Source: Neoconidiobolus thromboides FSU 785 (lineage: Eukaryota > Fungi > Entomophthoromycota). Taken from it: a stretch of 64,000 nucleotides of DNA. This document shows positions 1 through 12,027 of the stretch, in pieces. A program made the translations under genes and the position numbers. Position 1 is the first letter of the stretch. Each line of letters opens with the position of its first letter. The notes under the pieces were generated by a model. That model saw only the letters and a list, made by a program, of their open reading frames with translations, was not told the origin of the DNA and did no database searches. The stretch is from positions 62,001 to 126,000 of the forward strand of contig MU626299.1 of the NCBI GenBank assembly GCA_025603075.1. The letters are read 5' to 3'.

Positions 1-771
1 AAAGTCAAGTCTTTAAATTACTGTTTATCAATTACATTGTATTTGATTGTTTTGTTCAATTTTACCCTTTTTACAAAGCTTTTGTAGACCAAAATATGAA
101 TAATTGTAAGCTAATGACAGAACAAAAGGTGGGGGATGTATTGATAAAAAAAGTGCCACCATTTTCAACAAAAGAGAATTTTATTTTATGCAAAAGATTT
201 TAAGATGTGTCAATATCTAATAATTTAACATTTTTTGTTAAAATTATATTAAAACTTGATTAAATTCATGAACTTTTTTAATAGCCTATGCCTCATTTGA
301 ACCACTTGCCTTAGTTGTTCATGAGGGACTGGTCTATAAAAACTTAGTGAAAAAGGTGTAAGTTTAATTTTTTTTGGATACTTTCTTTTTATTTGAAACT
401 TAATATATTATCAATAAAGTGTCTAAAACTAGACTTATTAATAAAACGGATTTTCATTGAAGACAAGTAATTATTGTAACAACTTTCTGATAAACTTACA
501 AATAAAGTTACTATTAACTAAAGATGTTACATCGAAATAGAGCATTAAATCATGGTATATAATATATAATATAATATAATGAAATCACTTTAAAAAAACA
601 AAAAATAAAATAATTTCAATTTTACAACCAAAAGTTTATCACTATCAGTCGATCAAAGTAAGGATCAACTTGAACTTTATAAAAAGCTAAAAACTTACCA
701 AAAATAAAAAATAAAAAATAAAAATTCAAATATTCAAGAAATATCTGTTAATATTTCAAAATAATAATAAC

Positions 772-2598
772 ATGAAATTACTCTTATTATTATCAACTAA
801 TATTTTACTCTACAAAGCTGCTTTTCATTGCCCTTCCGATCAACGTTTACAAAACTGTTTGGATTTTGATAGTGGAAAACAAGCTTCCATCTGTACCACA
901 CAACTCATATGTCCATTATCTTTTCCCTTACAATGCCCACAAAATACCGTTCTAAGTTTAATTGTTAATAAACAATTACAAACAGCTAAATGTTTAGATA
1001 ACAATGATAAAAGTGATTCAATTCCAATAATATTAGGAGAACCTAGATGTGAATTAGGTTATTCACTAATATTGTCTTTAAATGAGTTGAATCAAAAGTT
1101 TTATCGATGTAGGAAGAATGCTAGTATTCATTCAGATGTTAGTTTATCTATATTTGATCCTAAAATAGAACAATGTCCAATAGGTTATAGATTAAATCAA
1201 TTTTCATTAAAGGAAAAACAAGTATATTTATGTGAATTAAATGCTATTTGCAATAATAAAGATAAAGAATGTTTTGGCGGAGAAGGTTATATTGAAGGTA
1301 GTTTAAGAAAAGATAATAAAAAAGAGGAATTCGATAATAGTAGCAATAACATCAAAGGAAAAGAGAGTAAAGATCCATCAAGTAATAACAATCATTCAGT
1401 TAATAAGACTAGTGGTAATAGTTTAACTAATTCTAGTGATATTACATTAACTGAAGTTGGGGCATTTAAAGTTGTAGATAATACTATTTTAGATAAAAAT
1501 GGGAAAGATGACGGTCCTGGTAATTCTTTAGATAAAGGAGAGAAAGATAGAGCAAGCAATGATACATCTAAAACAGATTCTAAAAAAGGAACAGTAACTA
1601 ATTCAACAGCTACAATAGCTATTAATAATACAACAGTAGTAACACCAACCAATCTTAATAATACGAAACTTGATAAAACTAAAGAGGATGAATCAAAATT
1701 ATCTTTAATTACTGGTACGTTTGGTAAAGGTAATGAAGTGAGCAATGAAATTAAAACAGGAAATAATACATCATCTATAATTACAAAAGATAAAACACTA
1801 AATTCAATAGATTCAGGAAAAGATATTAGATTGTTAAAAGAAGAAGATGTTAATAATTTAATAGAAATGGGAAATAGAGAACTAAAACTGATATTAGAAA
1901 AAGGATGTGATGTTGGGTATCGATTAAGAGTATTTAGTAATTTAAAAGGAATCAACTATTTTTATTGTCAATTAAATGAATATAATAATAAAGGAAATGG
2001 ATTTTATGATTTTGATATAGAATTAGACAAATGTCCTATGGGTCATAAACCTAGTAAATGTGAGGGTAATTTTTTTAACGATTTTAAAAGTTATTATCTT
2101 TGTTTAAAAGAAGATAAATGTCCAATTTATAAATATAATATTGTTAGTAAAAATGGACTGAAATGCTATGATTATCAATTATTAATCCAATTTAATGATG
2201 CATTTAATGTATCAAGATATTATTGTTTAGATAAAGATTTATTATTTTTGATTTACAAAAATAGTGAAGTAAAATTACTAGATAGTAGTATTACTTTAAA
2301 ATGTCCCGAGAGTTATACATTAAAAAGTATTAATAATCCAGATAAATCCAATTATTTCTTTTGTCAAAAAGAGAACCGATTAGAAGTTGCTGAGAAAAAG
2401 TCTATTTTTGATTTAAATTTAAAATTAGAAACCTGTCCCTTAAAATTTAACTTATTATTGTGTTCTTTTTATGCTCGTCCATTTAATTATTGTTCCTTAT
2501 CTTTTACTTGCCCTGATGTCAATTACTCTAGAAATTTAGTACCTTCAAAATTGATATCAATTGTATCCTCTACCACAATTAATAATATTTATACTTGA
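772..2598 (+). CDS. Secreted Cys-rich protein (608 aa) with three copies of a C-x2-[GS]Y-x-L...C...D...CP module and a central S/T/N/K/D-rich linker
   Basis: Long intact ORF in very AT-rich DNA; hydrophobic N-terminus MKLLLLLSTNILLYKAA; repeated modules begin at C93, C379 and C511; no family recognised. Confidence 0.85.
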   Translation: MKLLLLLSTNILLYKAAFHCPSDQRLQNCLDFDSGKQASICTTQLICPLSFPLQCPQNTVLSLIVNKQLQTAKCLDNNDKSDSIPIILGEPRCELGYSLILSLNELNQKFYRCRKNASIHSDVSLSIFDPKIEQCPIGYRLNQFSLKEKQVYLCELNAICNNKDKECFGGEGYIEGSLRKDNKKEEFDNSSNNIKGKESKDPSSNNNHSVNKTSGNSLTNSSDITLTEVGAFKVVDNTILDKNGKDDGPGNSLDKGEKDRASNDTSKTDSKKGTVTNSTATIAINNTTVVTPTNLNNTKLDKTKEDESKLSLITGTFGKGNEVSNEIKTGNNTSSIITKDKTLNSIDSGKDIRLLKEEDVNNLIEMGNRELKLILEKGCDVGYRLRVFSNLKGINYFYCQLNEYNNKGNGFYDFDIELDKCPMGHKPSKCEGNFFNDFKSYYLCLKEDKCPIYKYNIVSKNGLKCYDYQLLIQFNDAFNVSRYYCLDKDLLFLIYKNSEVKLLDSSITLKCPESYTLKSINNPDKSNYFFCQKENRLEVAEKKSIFDLNLKLETCPLKFNLLLCSFYARPFNYCSLSFTCPDVNYSRNLVPSKLISIVSSTTINNIYT

Positions 2599-2711
2599 TG
2601 ATTTGAATTTGTCTAGACTTTTACTTAAATAAATATAAATAAATACAAAAACAATATTTTTTATCTAATATATATTAAAAAAATAAGTAGTTTATTTAAC
2701 AAATATTAAAC

Positions 2712-2985
2712 TTATAAAAAAGTTAATCCCATACTCTTTAACAGTCCACCAGCGACGGGTAAACTAGCTAATAATCGTCCATTACCATTGGATTTAGACA
2801 TAGGAATTTTGACCTGTTGAGTAGATTCAGGTAAGAAATTAGGATTGATTAAAGCGTTGGACTAAGAAAAAAGGGATTAGTACATTTGAAGGAATACTAT
2901 ATTAAAACAGTTGACTTACGTTAGCTCTAGACTGCAAGGTAAAAGCATTAATAACAAGTAGATTAATTAAATAATATAATTTCAT
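2712..2985 (-). CDS. Small secreted protein (71 aa, 2 exons; missed by the ORF track) of the LP-x-x-G amphipathic-tail superfamily
   Basis: Exon 1 is 2985-2920 (MKLYYLINLLVINAFTLQSRAN). Intron 2919-2862 has GTAAGT, a TACTAAT branch site and TTAG. Exon 2 is 2861-2712, in frame, ending GRLLASLPVAGGLLKSMGLTFL*. Confidence 0.85.
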
Positions 2986-4419
2986 GGGGATTTTAAGTGA
3001 GTTAATAATTAAGATTTTTTATGATTTTAAAAAAAATGATAGTTCTTCTTCTTTTATACTCTAAGCTATGTTTATATTTATTTAATTAAAGTTTAATAGC
3101 CATAAAACCGCTTATTAAAAACAAAAAATAAAGAGATTGCCTTATTTGTGTGGTACTTAAGGATATTAATATCTCATTTTTGTTTATTTTTAATAGGGTA
3201 CCCAGCCTAGCTAAAAAGTGGCTTAATTTTAAAGAAGTTTAAGTATAGCTGTTAAAGTTTAATTATGTAAGAATAAATTGTTTATTTTGAAGTAAAGTTT
3301 TACATGTCAAGCTGTAGGTCACCAAGATAATGTAAATCATTAGTTTTATAAATTATTACTAATTTTTACATAAATAAACTTTAATAGCTACATTAATTTT
3401 GACTTGTGAATAGTATTTGTAATAGTTAAATAGTAAAGTTAAAATTCATCACAGCTGATTTTGCTAATTATTCCAAAAAGGCGAAATAAATCACCTTATT
3501 TTTTTGTTATTGTGAGCTTTATTTGGTTTATCATGCAGATATTACTTAAATTACAACTCAAACTAATAAAATCCTTCTTGTAGTTTTAAATAAAGAAATT
3601 CAGTATTCTATCATTTTCCTATTTTTTACTTTTAGCTTTATTTTAAATAGGTATTAATTTTAATGCTTATTTTTCTATATGTTTTAGAACTTCGGAGGAT
3701 ATTGCTATTAACTTAAGTTATTTTGATTTTAAAATAAGGATAAAGCTTATAAAAACATCAATTTTTTTAAAAGAAAAAATTAAGTGATATTGCATCCTGA
3801 ATTTTATAAGGATAACGTTACTATTATAAATTCACTGCAAAATTATTTCTTTGAATACCCCATTGTAGTTCGAAAATTATTGCAACAGAAATGAACTTAA
3901 AGCGCATAGTTTTTGTTACAAACGGCAATAGTTTGCATAATCGACTGTATTGGTATTGTTATTGGATCTATATCACTTATAAATTGATACTATATCATTA
4001 TTTTTTAAATATTACAAAGGATCATATAATCAAACCGTATGTATAACAAAATAACGAATATAACGTTTAATTGGACCAAAGGCAATCTGATCCACGTGCT
4101 TTTCTATGAAAATATTCTATCAAGTTGACTTTTAGATTGTGAAATTTAAAACAATGTAAATAGCTCTTTAGCCTTTGTTACTTCCATTAATCTCGTATCC
4201 AATTTAGTTGATGAAAATTGTCAACAATCAGATTTTTTACATTAAAATTATTGCTCATAAACTATAATTTCTATATATGGGATGCCCAAATCGGTTTCAT
4301 TTTTTTTATCTAATTTTAAATATTTTAAATATTTTTTATTTTTTATTTTTTATTTTTTATTTTTTATTTTTTATAGACTTTATAATTTTAATTAAAATTA
4401 TATCACTTTTTTTAGCCTA

Positions 4420-4882
4420 TGTGAAATCTGGTACTCAGTGTTTGGAGTCAAAAACAGCTATTACTGGGTTGACTATACTATAAGTCGAAAGGTCTTAGTT
4501 TATGTGACCAAGATGGACTTGTATTATGAATAATAGTAAGTGATATGCTAAGATTATGTAAAACAAATAGAATAGACAGTACTAATGTAAAATCTACATA
4601 AAATAATATTAAGTAAACTTAGTAGCTTTATTAAATCTACGAGATATCAGGGAATAATTCAGTTAAAAAGCCTCAAACTACTATACTCTGAAAACTCTTT
4701 CATACTCTGAAAAGTATAAATATCAAAATGAGAAGATAATATTTTTTGGGATGGAGCTAGAAATTCTCATAACAAACCAAACTAAGAACATGGGATTGAT
4801 TTTCTCTGAACTTAAGGACACAACAGCTTAGGCGATTATTATGCTATAATTAACTATGAGACTGACAAAGCGATATTTCACA
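4420..4882 (+). mobile_element. Solo-LTR-like element, copy 1 (463 bp)
   Basis: TGTGAAAT...ATTTCACA termini; flanked by direct repeat CCTA/CCTA; three more copies in the window. Confidence 0.8.
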
Positions 4883-5085
4883 CCTATTAAATATTAAATA
4901 ATAATATAATTTATTGTTATGTTTAATAAAATATAAATGTTTTTCAATACCTCGTATCTTTGTTATTTTTTTGTATTTTTGTATTTTCGTACTTTTTAAA
5001 AATTATATTTGTTTTTTATTATTAACAATTAAGTTATTAATTTTACTACAATTATGAATAAAAATTTCGAAATTAGTTAATATTT

Positions 5086-5182
5086 GGGTATGTTTTTTTG
5101 ATTTCATTACTTTTTCCATTTTTTTAAGCGTTATTTGAGTGGAAAGGTTGTTAGTAAATTCCTAAACAAAAAAATACATCCC
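5086..5182 (+). mobile_element. ~99-bp MITE copy (strand is relative to an arbitrary consensus GGGGATGTTTTTTTTGGCTTCATTAC...AAAATACATCCCC)
   Basis: Matches the dispersed consensus; degenerate terminal inverted repeats. Confidence 0.75.
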
Positions 5183-5276
5183 TATATACTTGAAAAATAT
5201 TAACTTAGCTACTGCTCAATCTTTTAAATTTTTAAAATATTGCCATGTATTATTTCTTTACTTTTATTTAATATAT

Positions 5277-5374
5277 GGGAATGTATTTTTATGTTCAAGA
5301 ATTTTACTAATAATTTTTCCACTCAAATAGTGCTTAAAAGATGGAAAAGGTAATAAAGCCAAAAAAACATCCCC
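5277..5374 (-). mobile_element. ~99-bp MITE copy
   Basis: Reverse-orientation match to the consensus. Confidence 0.75.
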
Positions 5375-6018
5375 GTATATTATCTGATAAATACTTATTG
5401 CTGTTTCTTTTATTGAACCTTGACAAAATAGTTTAACTATTAAATAAATGTATAATGTTTTTAATTTGATCATTTTTTATATTTTTTATATTTTTTATAT
5501 TTTTAATAATAAATTATAACATTCATATTTTTGTTATTGTTAATTATTTTTGAATAGCTATATTAATTTTTATTCACGTTGAATCCAAAAAAATTATATT
5601 CATCAAAAAAACATATTAAAACTATAGTTGACAATAATGCTATTTGTTAGTTTTTATTTCCTGTTCTCTTTAAAGTATTAATTTTGTACATTATTTGATT
5701 AACAATAATAATAATAAACTTTAGTTTTTCATTGTTGCAAAATTCTATAAGCTCTGGGTTATTATAAATAGTTGTTAATATTAATGTATATGAATTATAA
5801 TGTTCGTATAATATGCTTATTATATTAAAATTTTTAAAAACTCCATTAAAGTTTAACTGCAAAAACTTGTTTTTTATTTTAATTTTAATAAAAAATGAAG
5901 TCAAATAACTATATATAAATATATTGTGTATCTATTAAACATTTAATAATAAAAGAATTAAAATGGATATTTTAAAGTAAGTTTATTTATTTTAAGCTTT
6001 TTAAATTTAATAATATAT

Positions 6019-6117
6019 GCGAGTGTTTTTTTTGACTTCATTATTTTTTCCATTTTTTAAGCACTATTTAAAGCGGAAAAATTGTTAGTAAAATCTTAAA
6101 CCCAAAAATACATCCGC
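6019..6117 (+). mobile_element. ~99-bp MITE copy
   Basis: Consensus match; ATAT/ATAT flanks. Confidence 0.75.
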
Positions 6118-7644
6118 ATATTGAGAACTTATAGATTTAAAAACTTAAAATTTAGACTAGTTTTTAACTAAATTCTGAAACCAATTCGAACATTTCCATA
6201 TTATAAGGTTGATATATATATAACATGGCTTGATAAGCTCTTATTTTAACTAAAAGGCTTTAATAATTAATAACTAAGAGCTATTTATTTGTTGACTATA
6301 AGCACATCCTCTCACATAAATTTTATTAATATCATCATCAAGTTTGAATGTACTGGGATGTCTTAGTAAAACACACTAAATACAACCAACTCTTATTTAT
6401 ATAAAAAGTTTTGTTTTTGACAAATATATTATTATGAATAATAACTAAATTCAAGCATTATTGTTTATAATATAATAAAATAAATTGTACCTAATTTAGT
6501 GTTCTAAGATACAGCCATTGAATTATCCTGGCTAATTATTAAAGTTTAATTTGTTCTATACCATATGGGGGTATAATACCAAATTATTACTAAACTGAGC
6601 AGAAAATGTTATCGATTATATATTTAAAAGTTGGATCATACAAATGTAAAATATACAGATAATGAATCAAGAGGATATTAATATTGCTTAATTCTAAAAC
6701 TCTGGATTGTAACATTTGAAGTTAAAATTTAATGACAAACTTAAAGCTATAAATATCGAAGATATATTAATAGTCAATATAATTGAAGCTACTGAATTTT
6801 GGTTTCTATTTTTACTTTATTTAGCAGTATCAAGCCTAGAATCGAGCTTTGATTAATTAATATATCTTTGAAAGGTAGATTGAAAATTAAAACTTAAATT
6901 GAAACTTAAATTAAAACCGAATTCTATTAAGCTTTATTTGGAAATTTTAGCTTATTATTATAGTATTGGAAGGCATTATAGTCTATGTAAAGGATAAATA
7001 GCAACGAAAATAGGTTTATCCGGGAGAGGAGAACCTAACACAATTTATAATTGAGGGTTAAAAGAAGAATAAGTGCTAGATATGAATGAGGTAAAAATAG
7101 TTAATTATACATATTTATTTAGGCATTAATTAAAGTAAAAGTTTGAATATCATAGTCATTAATTTTAATATCTATCCTTTTAATAAACTGAAGGTAGAAT
7201 CAAATTGAAGATTTAGAGCATCTAAATTTTTAATAAAATATGATTGTTTTACATACTCGTATTAGGGAGCTTCATTATTCTTAACATTGAATTTAAATCC
7301 GTGGATAATTATAAATGCATATAAACAAGACAAATTCTGAGTGAAATCATATTATTAAATAAACAATTATTGGATAAAGGTAATATCGAGTAGAATTTAT
7401 TAATATACTTTAATATTAATTTAAGGACATAATTAATTGAAACCTCAAAATGATAATGAAAGTCTTGAGTTTATTAATAAACTTGAAAAACAAAAATAGT
7501 AATATAGTTTAATAAAAGGTATAGTAACTATTAGACTAGTGTTTATAACAGTTTATTAACGTGATACTTTGGTAAATAGTATAAATAATCCAACATAAAA
7601 GTAAATGGCAATAAACAAAACGAATAATAATTTAAACTTCAAAA

Positions 7645-7962
7645 ATGAGATTTGATGTAAATCGACTACTTTTAATGGCTATTACTTTTAGTATAGTTAA
7701 TTGTTTTCTAGTGGAATTAGGTAATTTAAAACAAGATGGTTTTAATAACGTACCCAAAGAAGCTGTTGATGGAATCACTTTTGACAATGATGCTGTTGTC
7801 GCTTTGTTCATAAATAATGAACAGGAGTTAGAAAAGGAGAGCATTGAAAAAAGGATTCTAGTCAAAAGAGACGGTGGCGGCCTTAATATTCCCATTGTTG
7901 GTGATGTGCTATCACTATTAAATATTGGCTCTTGGTTTGGAATTCAAGGGTTAGGATTATAA
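7645..7962 (+). CDS. Secreted prepropeptide (105 aa): signal, acidic propiece, KR, then a 30-aa amphipathic peptide DGGGLNIPIVGDVLSLLNIGSWFGIQGLGL
   Basis: ATG preceded by AAAA; TATAAATA about 65 nt upstream; hydrophobic N-terminus; EQELEKESIEKRILVKR precedes the IPIVG motif shared with other genes in the window. Confidence 0.85.
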   Translation: MRFDVNRLLLMAITFSIVNCFLVELGNLKQDGFNNVPKEAVDGITFDNDAVVALFINNEQELEKESIEKRILVKRDGGGLNIPIVGDVLSLLNIGSWFGIQGLGL

Positions 7963-9094
7963 TTAATTAGGGTTAGATAATTTTATTTATAATGCTTAAT
8001 ATTCATAACCCTTATAATTTGGAATTCTAATTTGGAGTTTCGATATTTTTACAATAAACAACGTTCAAATCTACTTTCTTTACAATTTTATAACCTTTTA
8101 CATTTTATTAATTACTTACTAATATTTTACAATATTGAAATGTGTATGAGAAACAGAACTTTTGAGAAACAGTGTAATTGTCATAAAAACAGTAAAAAGA
8201 TAAACAAAACTGATAACCCAGTAAATTAACTGATTCTCAATTATAAACCATTTCTTTATAAAATTAAGTAAAATAAAACTCAAAGAACATTAATGAAAAA
8301 TAAAACTTTCAAAATATCTACTTCTAGATAAAGGTGTTATATTTACATGCAATCATTTAATACATAAACAAGAACATCACAGGCGACTTTAAAGTTGATA
8401 GTGTATTTTCCTATAAAAATATACCTATCGTAATTAAAACATTTATTCATTACATAACTAAAATTTCAAATATGTATATCGGTAATGTTTATTTGAGAAA
8501 AAAATCAGTTCAAAATAATAACAATGAACATAACTATAAAATCTACCTGTAATAAATGCTTGAAAATTAGTAGACAAATGATAATGATTAATATAAAAAG
8601 TTAATATTTTTCAAAATTCTCATAATTTATAATAATAAAGATCGCAGATATATAAAATTAAAAAATTCGTTATAGCCGTCATTTATTTTAGCTGTAGCAA
8701 TCTTCGTCATTATCATTTGCCTTTACTAAAGTATACAATATTTAAAAAATTTGTCCTAAAAAGTGAAGGGGTAAACTTTTTAGAACGAACCTTTTAAGCA
8801 CTGTAGATATGCTATATAATTAAGGCTAAATTGTTATATTGACTTTATATCTGTTTTATTATATTTGCAACTGTCTTTCTAAAAAATCAGGGCTTTTGTT
8901 GCATATTGGAATAGCTCAAAACCTTATACATCAAAATTATCGTTAGTAATATAAACTTTTTTAACATTAAATCAAGTTTCCAGTAAGATTATATGCCTTA
9001 GGGGATAGGTTTGGTAAATAAACTTAATAGCAAGTATTGAAATATTTTCTAAAAATGTCAATAAAATAAATCATAAATTTCAACCATACAATAA

Positions 9095-10612
9095 CTATTT
9101 ATTTTCAATTTCAATGTCAAATTTGCCCTGCTTTGGTTTTAAGACTAAAAAGAAATAAGGTTCTAATTCTTCATACTTTGGCCTCAACTTAAAATTAAAA
9201 TTCTTAAACATGTAAACCAAAGTAAGGTACATAGCCATCCAAGCGAATTCTCTACCGATACAAGAACGTGGGCCATTTAAAAAGGGTAAATAGTTCAATT
9301 TTTTATCTTTAGCATCTTGACCTAAAAATCGTTCAGGTATAAACTTATTAGCATCATGCCATAATTTTTCATTTCGATTATAAGCATAGCTACCAATCCC
9401 TACCTCCATATCTTTCGGTATAAAATAGGAGCCTAAGACTGCTCCTTCTTTAGGCACTACCCTTGGTAAAAAGCCTGCTCCAACAGGGTAGAGGCGCATA
9501 GCTTCATACAATACAGCTTCTAAATAAGGACATGCTTGTTTGATTTGTGAATAACTGATATCTTCATCATTCATATGACTAAAATTGGATTCGATTTCCT
9601 TTTGTATTTTCTCATAAACTTGGTCTTCTTCTAAAATGCATTTTAGTGCCCAAGTTAAAGTATTTGCGGTGGTATCTGTACCAGCAATAAAGCCAGTAAT
9701 TATTTCAGCAGTTAAAGTATTGATGAGATTTGGATCAGTGCTAATGACTTCTGAATTCAAAAAAGCTTGTAAGATATCATTGTAGTCACTTGGCTTCTTA
9801 TTTAAAGTCAATTGTTTCATTCTCAGCTTTACTTTGTCTTTACAAAAGTTAATGAATTGAGTGTAACTATTATATCCAGTACTTTGTTTATTATGATTGA
9901 AATATCTTATTATTGGATATTCATATTGCATTATGCCATAAACCTGGGCTTCTTTTAACCATTTCAATATTGGCAATTCGTTATTTTCATTTAATAAACC
10001 TAAATCTTCACTCAGTAAAAGTTGACCATTAATATTAAATAAAACCTTATGAATTAATTCATAAAAATCGACAAAATTCTGCTTATTATCGATCTTTTGC
10101 TTTATGAAATTTTTGAAAGGCAAAAAGCCAGTGTGTTTCATAACTGGTTCCAGTTGTTGAATATTTTTATTGCTAATAATTTTACCAATAATCTTTTTAC
10201 GTTCGGTATGTACGGTACGTTCATCAGTACTGAAAATATTAGCTGCTCCATAATCAAATGCTTGATAAAAGACAGATTTTTTAAACTTATACGAAGAGTA
10301 AATGGTGTCAGCTGCATTCTTTTCATTAAAGATGATACGGTTTGGTGCAAAATGAACAACAGGACCATAAATATCATGTAAACGCTTTAAGTGTTCATGA
10401 TATTTACCAATTGTTATATAGTATTTGATATACAATCCACTTAGTTTACCTAAAAATGGACCTGGGATGTGTCTTAATGGGGAGAAATAAAGAGTGTATG
10501 TTATCTATTTGAACTTTTGTTAATTTCATTCATTTATTTATACATTTTTATTTACCTTAGTAATTAGTATTACTGTACTCAATACAAGGAAATAACCAAT
10601 TAGTTGTATCAT
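9095..10612 (-). CDS. Cytochrome P450 (488 aa, 2 exons)
   Basis: Exon 1 is 10612-10556 (membrane anchor MIQLIGYFLVLSTVILITK); 51-nt GT-AG intron 10555-10505; exon 2 has YFSPLRHIPGP, I-helix AGTDTT, ExxR (EAMR), PERF and heme motif FLNGPRSCIG. Confidence 0.95.
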
Positions 10613-11688
10613 ATTAAAATTATATTTATAATTAAGCAGTAAAATAGAACGATAGAATAAGATATGGAAGTATAAATCACCAGGATTTAAAAATTAAAGT
10701 ATAATAATAAATGGAATTTTATTTTTTTATCTTATATATATGTTAGATTCAACTATATTACGACTAGTATAATCTATTGTAGTTTAAAAGATTGATTGCT
10801 TTTTTAATGCTCAATACAGTCGTTTCATCTCATCTCCGAATTGTTTAGCAAAGATTTTTACGGGTAAGTAATTTGCCCAACTAACTTTAAGCCTTGATTC
10901 TAATACTCTATAGAGTTCCGGCATACAAATTATTGTTAAAATGAAAGGTTATATAATCTGAAAAGAGATAAAACAATTATATTTATTTTTAAATTTATTA
11001 CTCAACATGGATGCATAAATAATAAAATTTCAAGTGGATAAATTATCAAGTGTAAGAAAATAGCGGGTCAAAAAAATTAGACGGTATTTTTTTAAGTTTT
11101 AGTTTCTCGTAGGGATCTAAGATTTCAAAAAAATCGAGTTTATTTTATGAAACTTAATATGGTAGTATTATTATTATAAATACGGGTCTATCTATTATAT
11201 CTTAATTTTTTAAAATTCGTAGTGAATAACTTACATACAAAAGCCTTATTAGCAATTAATAACTATAGTTTAAATAAGCTCAGTAGATCTAATATACAAT
11301 AACTATAGTGTAAAACTATGGCTTATTTAGTTTTTAATCTATTAAAATACTAAATAATAATACCAACGATTATTATAAGGTTTTAAAACAATTATTATAG
11401 GGGTTTTAAAATAATCAGTACTATGCTTAAGTCTCAAAGCAATTGATTATAAACAATAATGGAAAAATATTTATTAAATAAAGGCTAAAAGCTAAAAATA
11501 GCACCTTCTATACAGCCGTATTGAAATCTGATATATTGCTTATTACAAATAATAAAGATTTCTTAAGGAACCCCAGTAACTTAAAAAAGGTATAAAAGCC
11601 GTTGAAAGGACCCAATATCTTTAAACAATCAATTTTTTTTCTGGTAAAAAAAACTACATTTACATTTACATCTATATCTATATCAATA

Positions 11689-12027
11689 ATGAAATTTTCC
11701 TCCTTTATCTTTATCACTACTATTGTTTCCTTAACAAATGGAGCCGCCATCCAGTTAGAACGTCGTAAATCGTTTATTGAAACTCATCAAGAACATGGAC
11801 ATTTACCCGGTGGTAGTAACAATCCAGGTATTACGGCTTTAATTCCACAACTGATGGCCATGATAGGTGGTAAAAATCCAGCTCAAGTACTCAATGAATA
11901 CAATCAAAAAGCTGATGAAAAGAATGGTAAAGAGTATGGAGGTTCAGGCTCAGATGGGGGTTCTAAGGGTGGACTTATGTCTTCTTTAGGTCTTGAAGAT
12001 ATCCCTATCGTTGGTGGGTTAATGTAA
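11689..12027 (+). CDS. Small secreted protein (112 aa) with RR site, His patch and C-terminal GSDGG...IPIVGG motif
   Basis: Likely start MKFSSFIFITTIVSLTNGAA at 11689 (the ORF track starts at an upstream TTG); LERR then ETHQEHGH; C-terminus GGSGSDGGSKGGLMSSLGLEDIPIVGGLM shares motifs with the 49.9-64 kb array. Confidence 0.85.
   Translation: MKFSSFIFITTIVSLTNGAAIQLERRKSFIETHQEHGHLPGGSNNPGITALIPQLMAMIGGKNPAQVLNEYNQKADEKNGKEYGGSGSDGGSKGGLMSSLGLEDIPIVGGLM

Noticed and set aside
1392-1955. 187-aa minus-strand ORF and the other antisense/alternate-frame ORFs over real genes (e.g. 7632, 10097, 17352, 17398, 19939, 24586, 24762, 28251-28587, 29867, 47016-47339, 48121-48558, 57666, 61036-61404)
   Set aside because: These are shadows of low-complexity or repeat-rich coding sequence on the other strand or frame, with no independent motifs.
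4277-4483. 68-aa ORF with FYFLFFIFYFLFF and other AT-rich 60-90-aa ORFs (5647, 8032, 13680, 32933, 33733, 43419, 50632, 60176)
   Set aside because: They arise from T-rich microsatellite or AT-rich intergenic DNA, or run into repeats or antisense to real genes; there is no coding signal.
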